Source of the DNA: Flectonema sp. DT1601
Taxonomy: Eukaryota
DNA: 64,000 nt
Direction of reading: 5' to 3'
Assembly: GCA_964019425.1 (NCBI GenBank)
Contig: OZ025782.1
Location: 372,001-436,000, forward strand
Positions 37,344 to 49,420 of the stretch are shown in pieces. The notes beneath the pieces are model-generated. The model was not told the origin of the DNA and searched no databases. It saw only the letters and a list, made by a program, of their open reading frames with translations. The position numbers and the translations under genes are program-made. How positions within the stretch are numbered: position 1 is the first letter of the stretch; the number at the start of each line of letters is the position of its first letter.

Positions 37344-38104
37344 CCCTCAAGAATCTGTTAGCTTTTTTTTATTTTCACCTGCTAAGGGATTGGAAAAAAA
37401 AATTTTTTTTTAAAAATAAGTGAGTTTCATGTGGACCGCGAAAATTACTTCAAATGGTCAAAAATGAGTGTCTTCAGTACCGTGGATGACACTCTCACGC
37501 TGACGAGGGGGAAAATCGTATTTTGTGTCCCCTCCTTCAATGCAATAGGAGTATTTTCCGTGTTTTTTTTTTTTTTTAAATAGACAGGTGTTTAATCATA
37601 AATAATGAAAAGAAAAGCTTTCAGATGACTACTGAGGATTACTGGCTTCATTTATTTTATTTATTTTCTTTCTTGTGCCAATGAATGATTCTCGTCTCTC
37701 TCTTTATTTTTTTTTTAAATATCTCTCTCGATTCTTTTTTTTTTTATTTTGTCATTTTTTATTTCATTTTATTCTGTTTGCTCAGTGTTGTTAGTGTGGA
37801 AATGGAATAACCTTTTCCAAAGCAAAGTAGTTTTTTTGGTTCATATTGACAAAACACACAGTGTGGGAAGTGAAAGGATGATTTTTTCACATCATTCTTT
37901 TTTTTTTTTTTTTTACGGACCAAAAAAATAATAGCTGAAGAAAGCTGTTTCCCTCAATTTGAAGCCCCTCAAAAAACAGTGTTTTCTTCTTTTCTTTTTT
38001 TTTTTAATTTGTTTCTTTCAAAGTAGCCTAATATTGAACGAAAAAAACAATACCTTTATTTTTTTTTTTTTTTTGAAAAAAAAAAAAGACGACTAGAACA
38101 AATT

Positions 38105-39620
38105 CTAGTCGTCTTTTTTAGCACCCGGAGACCATTCAGTGTCTGCACCCCAATCGTCTTCTTCCCAGTCATCTTTCTTTTTAGCAACAACAGGTTTTGC
38201 GGATACTTTTTTAGGTGAAGCTACAGCTGTGGGTGATGTTCCTGACGGTGATGACTGCTGCTGCTGTTGTTGTTGTTGCTGTTGTTGCTGTGCTACTGGC
38301 GATGAATTTTGAGACTTGTGTCCTTCATCGTGCTCATAGTGTTTTCCCCATTTTCGTAGCTGGCTGTGAGGGGCTCCTCTCTTTCCACCATCGTCAAATT
38401 TTAAGATGTACGACGGAGGGCTCGATCTGTCATCGACAGCTGAGATGACCGCCCGCTGTGGTGTTCCAGTAGCAGGCTGCCAGACAATCATCTCTCCCAC
38501 CAGGTAGTTGTCACCCTCACCAACTGGACCTCCCTTTAAATTTGCAAAGGCATCATCGTTGGATGCGTCTCCAGAGGCTGCGCTTTGGATTTGTGTTGCA
38601 GCGCTGGTAACGGTTCTGTTGTTGGTTTAATATTTTTATAAAGATTAGTTTTAAAAATACTAAAAATTAAATTACAAACCTTGATAACCATCCCCAACCA
38701 GCTGTTGCTGCAGTTCCTGCTTTACTCCAACCTTCTTCAGCACTCTTTTGAACGTTGCTTACATCAATCTTACCCGCAGCGTCTTTTGCTTGAGTTCCAG
38801 CTTTCTTGCTTGCGTCAGCGATGGCACTTCCAGCCATCCATCCCAAGTTTCCGAGTTTGTTCAGACCTTCACTAACAGCTTTTCCTGCTTCTGATATCTT
38901 CGCTTCAGCACCACCTGATGATGGTGGAGGTGATGACCCAATACCACTTCCTCCAATTCTGCTGTTGCCGGTACCTCTTCTGGCTGCTACTGGTGGTGGT
39001 GCTTTATCCCAGTCAGGATTGTACTCTGGAGGAGGTACGAAGTTCTATTTTTTTTTTTTTTTGGTTTTGATTTGTTTGAACCCAACTAAATTTAAAAAAA
39101 AAAAAAAAAAAAACCTACCTCCGCTGACCAAGGTTTTCCTTCAGCCAAATGCTCAAGCATAGCACGGTATTTGAACGCCTCAAGGTGATTATAACGAGCT
39201 TTGATTGCTTGCTGTAATTGTTTTTTGTTAGTGGAGATATAATGAGTTGTTTATTTGAACTTTCATATAAAAAATATATAAAAAAGGTACCTTGTCAGCA
39301 GGCTCTCCTGTGGTGTTTCCTTTTGGAACACCGTTGGCATTAAAATAGCTTGCGGCTTTTGCATTTCCTCCGAGTTGCATTTGTTTTAATTTTGTTGGTT
39401 TCCAATCATTCCATTTATCCATTGTTATAGATCTCACAAAACTTAAATGAACACCCAACCCTCTGTGAGTACCAGCACAATGAAGACATAGAAAAACACC
39501 GTGGTGGACATTAGCCCATTGAGGATTTGGTGTTCCGCAGTCAGCGCATTTCTTATTTTCCGCATCCTTCATCATGTCATTGAAAGACTTGCGATCCTCC
39601 GGAGAGGCGCCAAACGCCAT
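38105..39620 (-). CDS. ArfGAP (ArfGAP1-like); exons 39291-39620, 39119-39211, 38680-39044, 38105-38615
   Basis: CADC-x16-CLHC...HRGLGVHLSFVRSITMD zinc finger. Three GT-AG introns join the track ORFs in frame. Trp-containing amphipathic segments and an acidic DDW tail. Confidence 0.92.
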
Positions 39621-39939
39621 TTTTAAATTGACACCCTTAAAAAAAAGAAAAAAAAAACATGAAAAATAATAACAACAAACTATTCGTTTACAGAGTTGAC
39701 TACCAACACCCGATTGTCATCTTGGAGTGGCAGAGAAAAGAGTAGAGAGGGAGAAATCAAACAGTGAGGTCAGATATTAAAGTACTCCTAATGAACTAAT
39801 AAAAACTGTGAATTGCGTATCAGTATGTCTTTATTAACTTATTCTACTTCCGTACCGTGTGTTGCAGTAGCAGAAAGATCCGATTGCTACTGAGAGAGAA
39901 GAGAGAGAGAAATCAAATTGTGAGATCGAAAAATCGAAT

Positions 39940-40929
39940 TCACAAGTTAAAAGTACATCCAGTAGCCTTCTCTGATGCCGTCCATATCAAATCTTTAGCA
40001 CGCTGTTCAGTTGATATTTCCTCAGGTTCGAACTTGTCAACAGGACCCCACAAACCATTTCCCTTCGGACCCCAAAAATCACGAGATTTGACTTCAGGAT
40101 GACAACAAGCTTTAAGAAGAGGCATCGCACCATCTTCAGCTGACTGCGCCATGAGCATAACAACTTCTAAAAACCACCTCCCTCCATACTTTGATGTTGA
40201 TTGCTGCAGACCAGTAGCAGTAATGCCAGGATGGACTGAGATGGCTTTCACTAACGAATTGGTCGACTGTAACTTGTCGTGTAAAGCATAACTGAAGACA
40301 ACTTGAGCTAATTTTGTTTGTTGATATCTGGTGTACTTGGCGGTGATGCCGTTACCTCCGAGGTTACCTCCATTAGATGATAAATAATCTTCATCAAGTG
40401 GTTTCATTGGTCGTTTTCTCGATCCAGAAGAGTGATTGATAACTCTACTCTCTCCATGTTTCTTTGCAGAGATTTCAAGTTCAGGCATCAGCTCACGAGT
40501 CAATAGGAAGTGGCTTAAGTAATTTGTTTGCATTTGAATATCAAACCCATCCCCAGTCGCAACATCATCGAATGCCATAATACCAGCGTTGTTAGCGAGT
40601 ACGTCGAGACCTTGTCCTCCAAATAGTTTTTTATAATCATCAGCTGCCTTTCTTACTGAACTAAAGGATGTTAAATCGCATTCGATTGAAGTAATTTCGA
40701 TGTCAGGAAAGTCACTCTTCAGCTGAGCAATTGAATTATCAGCCCTCTCTGACTTTCGATTTAACAGAACAAGATTTCCTCCTAAAGTTGCAATACTTTT
40801 AGCGACAACATTTCCAATACCAGTTGTTGTTCCTGTTATCAATACTCTCTTTCCAACCATTGAAGGAAGCGTTTCAAAGAATCCATCAAAATGAGCAGAC
40901 TTCACTGTTTTGGAGTACGAGAGACCCAT
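39940..40929 (-). CDS. Short-chain dehydrogenase/reductase (retinol-dehydrogenase-like), SDR1
   Basis: TGTTTGIG, NNAG and YQQTK motifs. Likely start MGLSYS (MGxxxS myristoylation-like). Confidence 0.93.
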   Translation of the reverse strand: MGLSYSKTVKSAHFDGFFETLPSMVGKRVLITGTTTGIGNVVAKSIATLGGNLVLLNRKSERADNSIAQLKSDFPDIEITSIECDLTSFSSVRKAADDYKKLFGGQGLDVLANNAGIMAFDDVATGDGFDIQMQTNYLSHFLLTRELMPELEISAKKHGESRVINHSSGSRKRPMKPLDEDYLSSNGGNLGGNGITAKYTRYQQTKLAQVVFSYALHDKLQSTNSLVKAISVHPGITATGLQQSTSKYGGRWFLEVVMLMAQSAEDGAMPLLKACCHPEVKSRDFWGPKGNGLWGPVDKFEPEEISTEQRAKDLIWTASEKATGCTFNL

Positions 40930-41336
40930 GTTTAAAAAGAAGGGGAAGAGTGGGTAAAAATCTTTTTTGAATATAATTACTATAAAAAACACAACACAAA
41001 GAACACACATGAATAACTTCCCTCAGCCGAAATTGAATCTTGCTTAAGGGAAGGTGGTGGAATCGGTAATCGAATCAATAAAAAAAATAAAAAAAAATTC
41101 CAGCTATTCCATAGGGAGGTAACTTAAATACAACCTGAAACTGGCTAAAATCAAATTTAGGTTCGGCCAAACCTGTTTGCCATGTAAAAAGACCAACAGC
41201 ATCGAAAAAAAACCCACAAATGGATTCAGGGGTCATACAGTCAGTTGTTCAATAGGGAGGAAGAAATATAACCAGATATGTTAATACTACTTCATATTTT
41301 TTTTTTTTTTTTTTTGCCGAAATTGAATCTTGCGAA

Positions 41337-41371
<35 letters not shown>

Positions 41372-41395
41372 GAGGAAGGAAGCATCTTAACATTA

Positions 41396-42403
41396 CTATT
41401 GCGCCAGAGGTGCTCCGACACGCAGACACACACCTGTGGACTTCTCACTCTCTTCGATAAGAAGAACTTTATTACAACTACTGGTGCAGAGTGTTTCAGG
41501 GATGAACTTTTTAGTAGGACCTCTAATTGAGTTTCCATTTGGTCCCCAGAACTCTCCAGAATGAACATTAACTCCACACATACACTGAATTAGATGGTGT
41601 GCTCCGTCTTCAGGTGATTGAGCTATTTGAGATAACATTTTTAACATTATTTTGCTTCCGGATTTAGAGGAGGTTGCCTGTAAACCAGTTGCGGTAATCC
41701 CTGGATGACAAACAACTGATTTAATGGAAGAACTGGCCTCTTGCAATACGTCATGCAGAGCAAAGCCGAAAACGGCATTCGCTAATTTTGATTGTTGGTA
41801 TCGAAGGTACCTTGCTTTTGCTGAATTCCCTCCGAGATTTCCACCAAGTTTTTGAAAAAATTTCGATTCAAGATTTTTTGATGGGCGTTTTCTATTTCCA
41901 GATGACTGGTTTACGATTCTTGACTCGCCGCGAAGGTGAGCTGCGATTTCTAGTTCACCGAGCAGCTCTGATGTGAGTATGAAGTGGCTTAAGTGATTTG
42001 TTTGCATTTGAATATCAAACCCATCCCCAGTCGCAACATCATCGAATGCCATAATACCAGCGTTGTTAGCGAGTACGTCGAGACCTTGTCCTCCAAATAG
42101 TTTTTTATAATCATCAGCTGCCTTTCTTACTGAACTAAAGGATGTTAAGTCGCATTCGATTGAAGTAATTTCGATGTCAGGAAATGATTTTTTTACATCA
42201 GAAAAATTTTCTTCAGATCTTTGAGATTTTCTATTCATGACGACTATCGAAGCGCCCAACTTTGCCATTACTCTCACAGAGACATTTCCAATACCGGTTG
42301 TTGTTCCTGTTATCAATACTCTCTTTCCAACCATTGAAGGAAGTGTTTCAAAAAATCGATCAAAATGAGCAGACTTCACCTTCTGAGATGAACTGTTTCC
42401 CAT
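41396..42403 (-). CDS. Short-chain dehydrogenase/reductase, SDR2
   Basis: Same motifs (YQQSK). Likely start MGNSSS. Confidence 0.92.
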   Translation of the reverse strand: MGNSSSQKVKSAHFDRFFETLPSMVGKRVLITGTTTGIGNVSVRVMAKLGASIVVMNRKSQRSEENFSDVKKSFPDIEITSIECDLTSFSSVRKAADDYKKLFGGQGLDVLANNAGIMAFDDVATGDGFDIQMQTNHLSHFILTSELLGELEIAAHLRGESRIVNQSSGNRKRPSKNLESKFFQKLGGNLGGNSAKARYLRYQQSKLANAVFGFALHDVLQEASSSIKSVVCHPGITATGLQATSSKSGSKIMLKMLSQIAQSPEDGAHHLIQCMCGVNVHSGEFWGPNGNSIRGPTKKFIPETLCTSSCNKVLLIEESEKSTGVCLRVGAPLAQ

Positions 42404-42649
42404 ATTATAAATATTAGTAAAACTTAATAAAAACTGCGTTGATTGAGGAGGGGGGATGAGGAATATAATAATTTTAAAAAACTGTACTGCATCATAAAAC
42501 ATCTACTAAGGACACAATAAACCTGGTGACGAATTCAGTACTGGAGTCAGATACTTCCTTTGTCATCGAGGAAGAAGAAACATTGATACTGTAATTAAAC
42601 TGAAAGCAACTTGAAACTGGATGTAAAAAAGACCAACCGGAAGAGTTGT

Positions 42650-42786
42650 TTACTTACCATCCATACGAGGGCGGGATGATGGTGGAGATCCTCCCAGATC
42701 GAAAGACTCGGATAGCTGTACCGCCATTTTGTTATCTCCTCCAACCCATCCCAGCATAGGACCGTTGCATAGCATTCCAAAAGATG
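42650..42786 (-). pseudogene. 3' remnant of the ZnF/tRNA-binding gene (intact copy 50687-51145)
   Basis: Matches 50687-50823. The rest of the gene is not seen nearby. Confidence 0.88.
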
Positions 42787-43059
42787 AGAGACTTCTTTGA
42801 TGATTATCAGTAAGTCGGGTACTGAGATATTTCCTCGGGAAGAAGTCTCCTTCAACGAAGCGCCGACGGATAGACTAACAACATCGACGTCTATCACGAT
42901 CGAGAAGCCATGGAGGGAGAAGTTGATAGTTATAAGAGCATGTTATGCCGGGACTCTACTCGCACTAACTTCAGCAACATTGACACTGGAGGACGAGTCC
43001 CTTTCTATTTTTTATCAAAATATATATTATAAACAAGTAGTTACTCCGATTTTTCTGTT

Positions 43060-44470
43060 TTAAAAAAAGTCGACGCCATGCCACTGTATGGGTCTCAGAA
43101 GGCTTGGTCTGTCCAACACTTGTTATTGTCAAGGTTAACATGGAGTTTAATGATCCATGACTTATCTCTCCCTTTTGCCAAAAAAATGGACAAAATTATT
43201 AAACCTTTTTTGAAGAAATGGTGGGGATTTGTCCGCTCTGCGAACACAGTCATCCTTTTTACCGGTTCAAAGAACACTGTTGGTCTCAGACACAAAAGAG
43301 TTGAGACGCTGTATAAACAAGCGCAATCAATTAAACTAGACATCCTCAGATCCTCACAGGACTCTGACATGCACGGTGTCTACAATGTTATTATGGAGAA
43401 ATCGTCCAATTGGTCGAAAAAGTTTTCAGCTTCTGCTGAGTGGGAGCGCCTTATTAAGTTTTTTTCTTACCGTTCTCTCGCGAAGCAATCAGCTGGTCTT
43501 GGTCACCGATTGCGCGATCTACGTACTACTCGCCCCGATCTCCTTAAGCGTTTTGAAGTGGAAGCCACAGATGAACTACTGAACTCTTTGAATAAATTAC
43601 AAGTCCAAGGTCAGTGGAAGGAGTGGTCTAAATGTATGATAAACGACTTCACCTGGAATAAGGTACTTAGGGAGGGAAATCCTGCCTATATCTCATTTCA
43701 ACTGAAAGCGGTTACAAACACCCTCCCCTCACAAGATAATTTAAAGAGGTGGAACATCACCAATGTGGACCAAAATTGTGTTTTGTGTGGCAAAGTGAAT
43801 CCTGCCCTCAGGCATGTCTTAACAGGCTGTCCTGTCTCTTTAACACAAGGGAGGTTCACGTGGCGTCACGACAGCGTTCTAAAACGCATTGTTATCTTCT
43901 TGGACGAGTTGATAAAAAAAGCCAACAAAAGAAAAGAAAACCTCCCGCCTCCCTCTCAAACTTTTTTAAAAACAGGGGAAAAGAAACCCCTAGAAAGAAT
44001 TTCTAAAGAGACAGGCGAACTTTCACTAGCGAATGATTGGGTCATCCTCGACGATGTCGGTGATAACCGCATAATTGTTCCTCTTGAAGTGTGCCATGTC
44101 TCGTCCTCTCTAAGACCAGACATTTTTATTTATTCTTTTTTTGCGAAAAGAGCACTGATTCTGGAGCTGACGTGTCCAAATGAAGATCGTTTCGAAACCT
44201 CTCATGTCTTAAAAGAAAAGAAATACTTAAAGCTAAGAGACTCGATCATCGCTAATGGCTTCGACTGTAACATCTTTACTATTGAAGTTGGCGTACGAGG
44301 AAACATCTGCATGGACCAGCTGAACATCTGGACACGTCGCATCGGTTCACCCTTAGCACCGACTAAAGCTTTATTTTGTGAATCCACCAGAATCGCCAGA
44401 CAGTGCTCATATGTTCTGTTCCAGACGAGGAACCTCCCCACGTGGCATTCAAGACCTCTAATGCGCAGCA
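43060..44470 (+). mobile_element. 5'-truncated non-LTR retrotransposon of the restriction-like-endonuclease group (HERO/NeSL-like): post-RT region, CCHC knuckle and RLE, no RT core
   Basis: KAWSVQHLLLSRLTWSL...FLKKWWG (post-RT thumb), CVLCGKVNPALRHVLTGC, GRFTWRHDSVL, LRPDIFIYS...ILELTCPNE...KEKKY, IEVGVRG. Only long non-shadow ORF on the plus strand. Confidence 0.88.
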
Positions 44471-45094
44471 TTAAAGAAGAACCTGCCACTTCAGGTTTTA
44501 TAAAAGATGGTAAAGAAATCTTCCCTGTGGAAGAAGTCAAAATCCACAAAGTAACAAAACTGAAAACGATCGAAAAGCTCACCATTGAAAGATCGTGGCT
44601 TGAGAAATGTTTTATCCGGCAAACTTGTTATGCATCGGCTCTTTCTATTCTACTTATTGCCAATGGTTCTTCCTCCCCGACCCCTTCTTTTTTGTTAGAT
44701 GAGGATGAGCTCACTGGACTCTCCTTGTCATTCTCTTCTATTTCTTCCATCTCTTTCCAGACTCCCCCACCTGAACTCATGTCAACGGGATCGCAAACAC
44801 TTCCTGCTGTTTTTGCTATGGTGATAAGATGTCAATCTGACATTGGTTCTCAGACCCCCTTATACAAAGAAAAAGAAGGAAGATTAAGGCTGAAACTTTC
44901 CTTGAAATGCCAGATTTTAGAAAACGAATTAGAACAAATGAAAGAACGAATGTTTTATGTACTATTTTTATTTTACTTTAATGCGATGTCAGCCTCCCTT
45001 GAGAAAGACAAGCAGCTACTAAATGGATTACCTGTTGAGATCAAAGCTACCAACCAGGATCCATCCTCACTTCCTCCTGCGCCCCTTGTTTTAA

Positions 45095-45292
45095 TTATTG
45101 AAAAAGATAGGACAACGGTGCCGATTTATCATTGAACCCCCTCACTCCCTTCATAGTTCCGTAGTAGTGATCGAATGCTCTGTTTTCTTGCATAAACACG
45201 ACAATATGTTCAACTTCTGAGAGTGAATCCCCACTCGCCACGCCCGACAACAGCAGCAGGCATGTGGATCCAAGAATGCTATTTGTTATCAT
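45095..45292 (-). pseudogene. Truncated bacterial-type phospholipase C / phosphoesterase (signal peptide + first motif only)
   Basis: SLSEVEHIVVFMQENRAFDHYYGTMKGVRGFND matches the PlcH/PlcN/AcpA family N-terminal motif. The frame stops after 65 aa. Confidence 0.85.
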
Positions 45293-45312
45293 TTTTTTTT
45301 TTAATATATATA

Positions 45313-46236
45313 CATAGATGGAAGTGCCCTCCAAATTTGGAGGGCGTTTGGTGAAAATCAGCCACAAAAATTTGTAGGGCCAAAATAGGGCCATTGTAGG
45401 GCCAAAATAGGGCGCTGGAGGGCGCGTAGGGCGCTTTTTTAATTAAATTTAATATAATGCCGAGCTCATTTTGACACACCCCTGCCCTCAGCGAGGTCGA
45501 ATCGCATCTTATTTGACTTTTCTCCGGTTCGCCAGATCAAATGCGTCTCTGGGATATCAGTTTACTTGCCACCAGTAAACTTCTTTTTTTTCTCACAAGG
45601 TACCGTGAAGACCGGCCTATTAACAGGTTAGCAAGAACGCACTCTCCCTCCTCGAATCCCTCTATATTCGACTCGGTGCATTCTGCGGGCTAATCAGCTC
45701 CTTGTAGATCTGGGATGCATCGTCCACTGAAATGAGTTTCAGCTTCAGGGATTGCAGCAGGCTCCGGAAGCTCTCAAGGAGTAGTCCATTGTTTTTGCCA
45801 TTGTTGACCGTCGAACCATGACCTGGAGGTCTCGGGTTCGAACCCCGTGACACCCTTTTTTCTCTTTTTCGAAAGACTGCCAAGCATGTCAAAAAGAATT
45901 GGCTTTAACTTCAACTATACAGAAAATAATGATATAACACTATGATTTTTTGTTTGTGCACGAAACCGTGAACCGACTTAAACTGATAAAGCTAAAGGAG
46001 GTTTACGTGTGCTGCCAACATTCTTTTTCGTTCTTACAATACTTGTTAAATGCAAAAAAAATTTTTTTTGGCTTCTGCGTCAAAATACTTGTGCGTCAGT
46101 GTAAGTCCCCGTCAATTTAGCTGTCTTATAGTAATAAAAAAGGAAAAAAAAAGCGCCCTCCAAAATAATATTTATATTAAAAGCGCCCTACAAGCGCCCT
46201 ACACGCCCTCCAAATTGTAGGGCACTTCCATCTATG
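45313..46236. mobile_element. Non-autonomous DNA transposon (924 bp) with ~35-bp TIRs and subterminal repeats
   Basis: Left end CATAGATGGAAGTGCCCTCCAAATTTGGAGGGCGT; right end ACGCCCTCCAAATTGTAGGGCACTTCCATCTATG. TATATATA on both flanks. Repeated agggcg motifs inside both ends. Confidence 0.9.
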
Positions 46237-46322
46237 TATATATATGTATATTTTTTTTTTCTCACTGGAAAAAAAGATAAAAATAAAACAAACGAATTAT
46301 GAAGCAGTAAACCAGACAAATC

Positions 46323-46901
46323 TCCCCTGAAAGTTATAACCAACTTGACTCGTCTACTGACACGGCTAACATAGCTGGCTAAGCTTCGTCTCGGTGCGGA
46401 GCCCCCGAAGAACTTAAGGGAATTTTTGGTGAGGACAGTCATTGAAGTCTCTATCCTTATATACGATATGAATCAACATCTCAAGAAGTTTGGAATACGT
46501 AGTTTCAAAAGCTTTATTTTATCTTATTCTACCCCTGCAAATAAATAATAACAATAACAACAACGTTAACCACAATCACTCATTAGTCAGATCGAATGAA
46601 AGGAAAGATGAAAACAAGAGTGCCTACATGAATAAAGCTAGGGGAAATAGTCACCAAAATACTTTCGCATAGTAACTTAATAAGATAAAATAGAAACTTG
46701 TTGGAGAAGAGTGATAGTTTTAACAACGTAGAAAACAGTAATAAACCTTATAATACTAAAATAAGTAATAAAGTTGAACTGTAAGCCACCGTCAAGTATG
46801 AATATTTAGGTACTGGATAAACAAATAAATCCCCCCTGAAAGTTATAATCAATCTGACTCGTCTACTGACACGGCTAACATAGCTGGCTAAGCTTAGTCT
46901 C
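46323..46901. repeat. Direct repeat pair, ~70 bp
   Basis: cccctgaaagttataa...gactcgtctactgacacggctaacatagctggctaagctt at 46323-46392 and 46832-46901. Confidence 0.85.
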
Positions 46902-48300
46902 CGTAGTAGATAAGAGATAAGTGTTTAGGTAGAGAACAGTAATTACTGTGAACGGCATCTTTGAACCCCAAACGACAATATTCTCAAAAAGTAAATAATA
47001 ATATTAAAAAAAACTAAAAAAACGATTGATGGCCACTCTTGTCTGCGAGACGAGGTCCATATACGTGGAGAGAATCAAAAAGAAATACGTCGAAAAAGAA
47101 TCCTTGGGAAGGAATCTTTCGTTGTGGGGTTAAGAGAAGTCAAAAAAAAAAAAATTAAAAATAATTAAAAAAAAAGTTGTATTTTTTTTTGATACACCGC
47201 AACCAGCATCCTTATAGAAGCTTCGCAAATAATTATTTACTCAAAAGCGGTAATTGTTATATTAATTCTTTTTTTTTTTTTTTTGACACAGGAATATAAA
47301 AAGGAAAGGGGGTAACAAAAAAAAAAAAAAAAAAACTACATTTTCGTGTGATTATATACTAACAGGCAGTGTTAGTTTTTTTAATTCTACAGCTGATGTG
47401 TACGACGTTTTAACTCACACTCATAACAACGGATGACAGAAGACTCGGCATTGCCTTGTTTGTTTAGGTTTGATAATTGATGTTGTTGTTCTATGAAAAA
47501 TTCACACTGTACCAGGCTCAGGTTCAGTTACTTTATGTTGCCCGGATGACTCCAGTGGTACAAAAAGACAAGAGAGAGAGAGAATAATATACACAACTCT
47601 CTCTATTGAAATAATTTTCATGGATTTTTGAAGCACACAAAATAGTATGATTTAAGAAAAATAACGAAAAAAACGTAAATTAACAAAACTATTTTTTTTT
47701 CAGGACTCGAACCCATCGAAATTAAATTCTTATCTGTTGCTTTTCTTTAACTTCAACTACAGAAAATAGTTACACAAACACGTAACGATGTCTTTGGGTG
47801 TGTGTTTAAAAGTCAACAAAGTTAAACTCATAAAGTTAAATAAAAAAAGAGGAGGTTCTTGCAAGGAGAAAAAAAAAGAGGGGAAAAAAACGCTCTGTCT
47901 ATTTGACTTGCAAGATGCGTAATTTCACAGCAAAGACACATGCTAATACACTTCTTCAAAATACCTACTACAAGTAGACGAACATTCTAGTGAGGTAGCT
48001 TGATTGTGAGGGGAGTTAACTGTTCGAGTTTGTACGTAAAATACAAATGTATTGTATCATAAACAACATAACGGTAATTTAACATTAGTTCTGAGATACA
48101 GTTGACTAAAGGTAATGTTAGTGTAGGTATACACTCTGCGATTGACGTAAATACTTTACATCATAATAAATTTTTCTAACTTAGCTGCATACACATCTCT
48201 TTTTCCGTGTTGTCATTCAGCGCAGTACGGAATCGAGTTATTCAATTTTGAATTAATCGTGAGCCCTGGGAAACCAAAACCAGGGTATAATGTAATACGG

Positions 48301-48491
48301 CAGAGTGTAGGTTTCACCTACAAATTACTTGCTTAAAATCAACGATTCTTTGAAAAAAAATATGTTAGCAAAAATTGCTAGTTCGTGGCACACTACCAGC
48401 GGCAGACAGAGTGTAGGTTTCACCTACAAATTACTTGCTTAAAATCAACGATTCTTTGAAAAAAATATGTTAGCAAAAATTGCTAGTTCGT
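48301..48491. repeat. Tandem duplication, ~106-bp period
   Basis: cagagtgtaggtttcacctacaaattac... at 48301 and 48407. Confidence 0.9.
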
Positions 48492-48623
48492 AGCGGAGCA
48501 CTCACCTTAAATAAATTATGGTAGCGTTATCCAGAATTCAGTTAGAAAATCTGAGGGGGTTGCATAATCTAGGAGATATTTATTATGTTAGCTTTTCGGA
48601 ATAAAGCATACCTGAGGAGGAAA

Positions 48624-48655
<32 letters not shown>

Positions 48656-48894
48656 ACCCAGAGAGTCTTCACTGTGTATATCACGACACTGAATTCAAGG
48701 GGACAACATGAGTTGAAATAATAATAAAAAATCGACAAAACAACGAAATGGATAAGCCCGAATAACAAACGGTTTGATTTCACAACTGATGACTGACCTC
48801 TATAAAACGATCAGCAGGCAGTTGTTGGAACGCTGTTTCTATCAGAAGAAGAATTTCTTTTTTTTTTTAATTTTTTTTCCCCCTGCTAGTATAC

Positions 48895-49105
48895 TTTAGT
48901 TTAGTTAGCAAAATACAAACTGATGACTACGAGGGGTCTGGGTAGCCCGCATCAGTAAGGACCCAATCGCGAAGATTGTAGTTTCATAGTATTGGCTGGA
49001 AGTGATCGACTTCCAGCCTCCACCTTTCCCAGAGGCTAACAGGTTGTAAACAACTAAAGAAAATAAAAGAGAAACGATCTGGGAGTGGGGGGAAGGTGAA
49101 AAAAA
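48895..49105 (-). mobile_element. SINE-like family B copy
   Basis: Nearly identical to 23429-23645, with the same end points. Confidence 0.78.
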
Positions 49106-49420
49106 ACAACAGAAAGGAGAAGGAAGGGGAAAAAAAAAAAAAAAAAACGCGCGTCGCAAGGAAAACTTGAAGAATAAAACAGAAATACCGTGTGTCAAGT
49201 CGCAAAACTTAAGGTATTAAAACAAAAAAAAACAAAAAATGGGGAGAAATAAATCAACGGAACTAGCCATTTTGGATTTTGTAATGAATGGTTAGTTCTG
49301 AAACTATTTGTGTAAGAAAGACCCCTTTACCCTTTTTTTTTTTTTTTTTTGCCGAAATTGAATCTTGCGAAAAAGAAAAAAAAGAAAAGAAAAGAAGAGG
49401 AAGGAAGCATCTTAACATTA

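Larger units (their letters stand above)
41297..42786. repeat. Segmental duplication of 49333-50823
   Basis: Near-identical from the T-run/gccgaaattgaatcttgc to ...attccaaaagatg, where identity ends abruptly. Confidence 0.92.

Noticed and set aside
43078..45135. 685-aa ORF as an autonomous retrotransposon
   Set aside because: No RT catalytic core, no N-terminal region and no tail or TSD; the last third looks chimeric.
46370..46435. ggctaag plus Sm-like aatttttgg suggesting an snRNA
   Set aside because: No U1/U2/U4/U5 conserved motifs around it.
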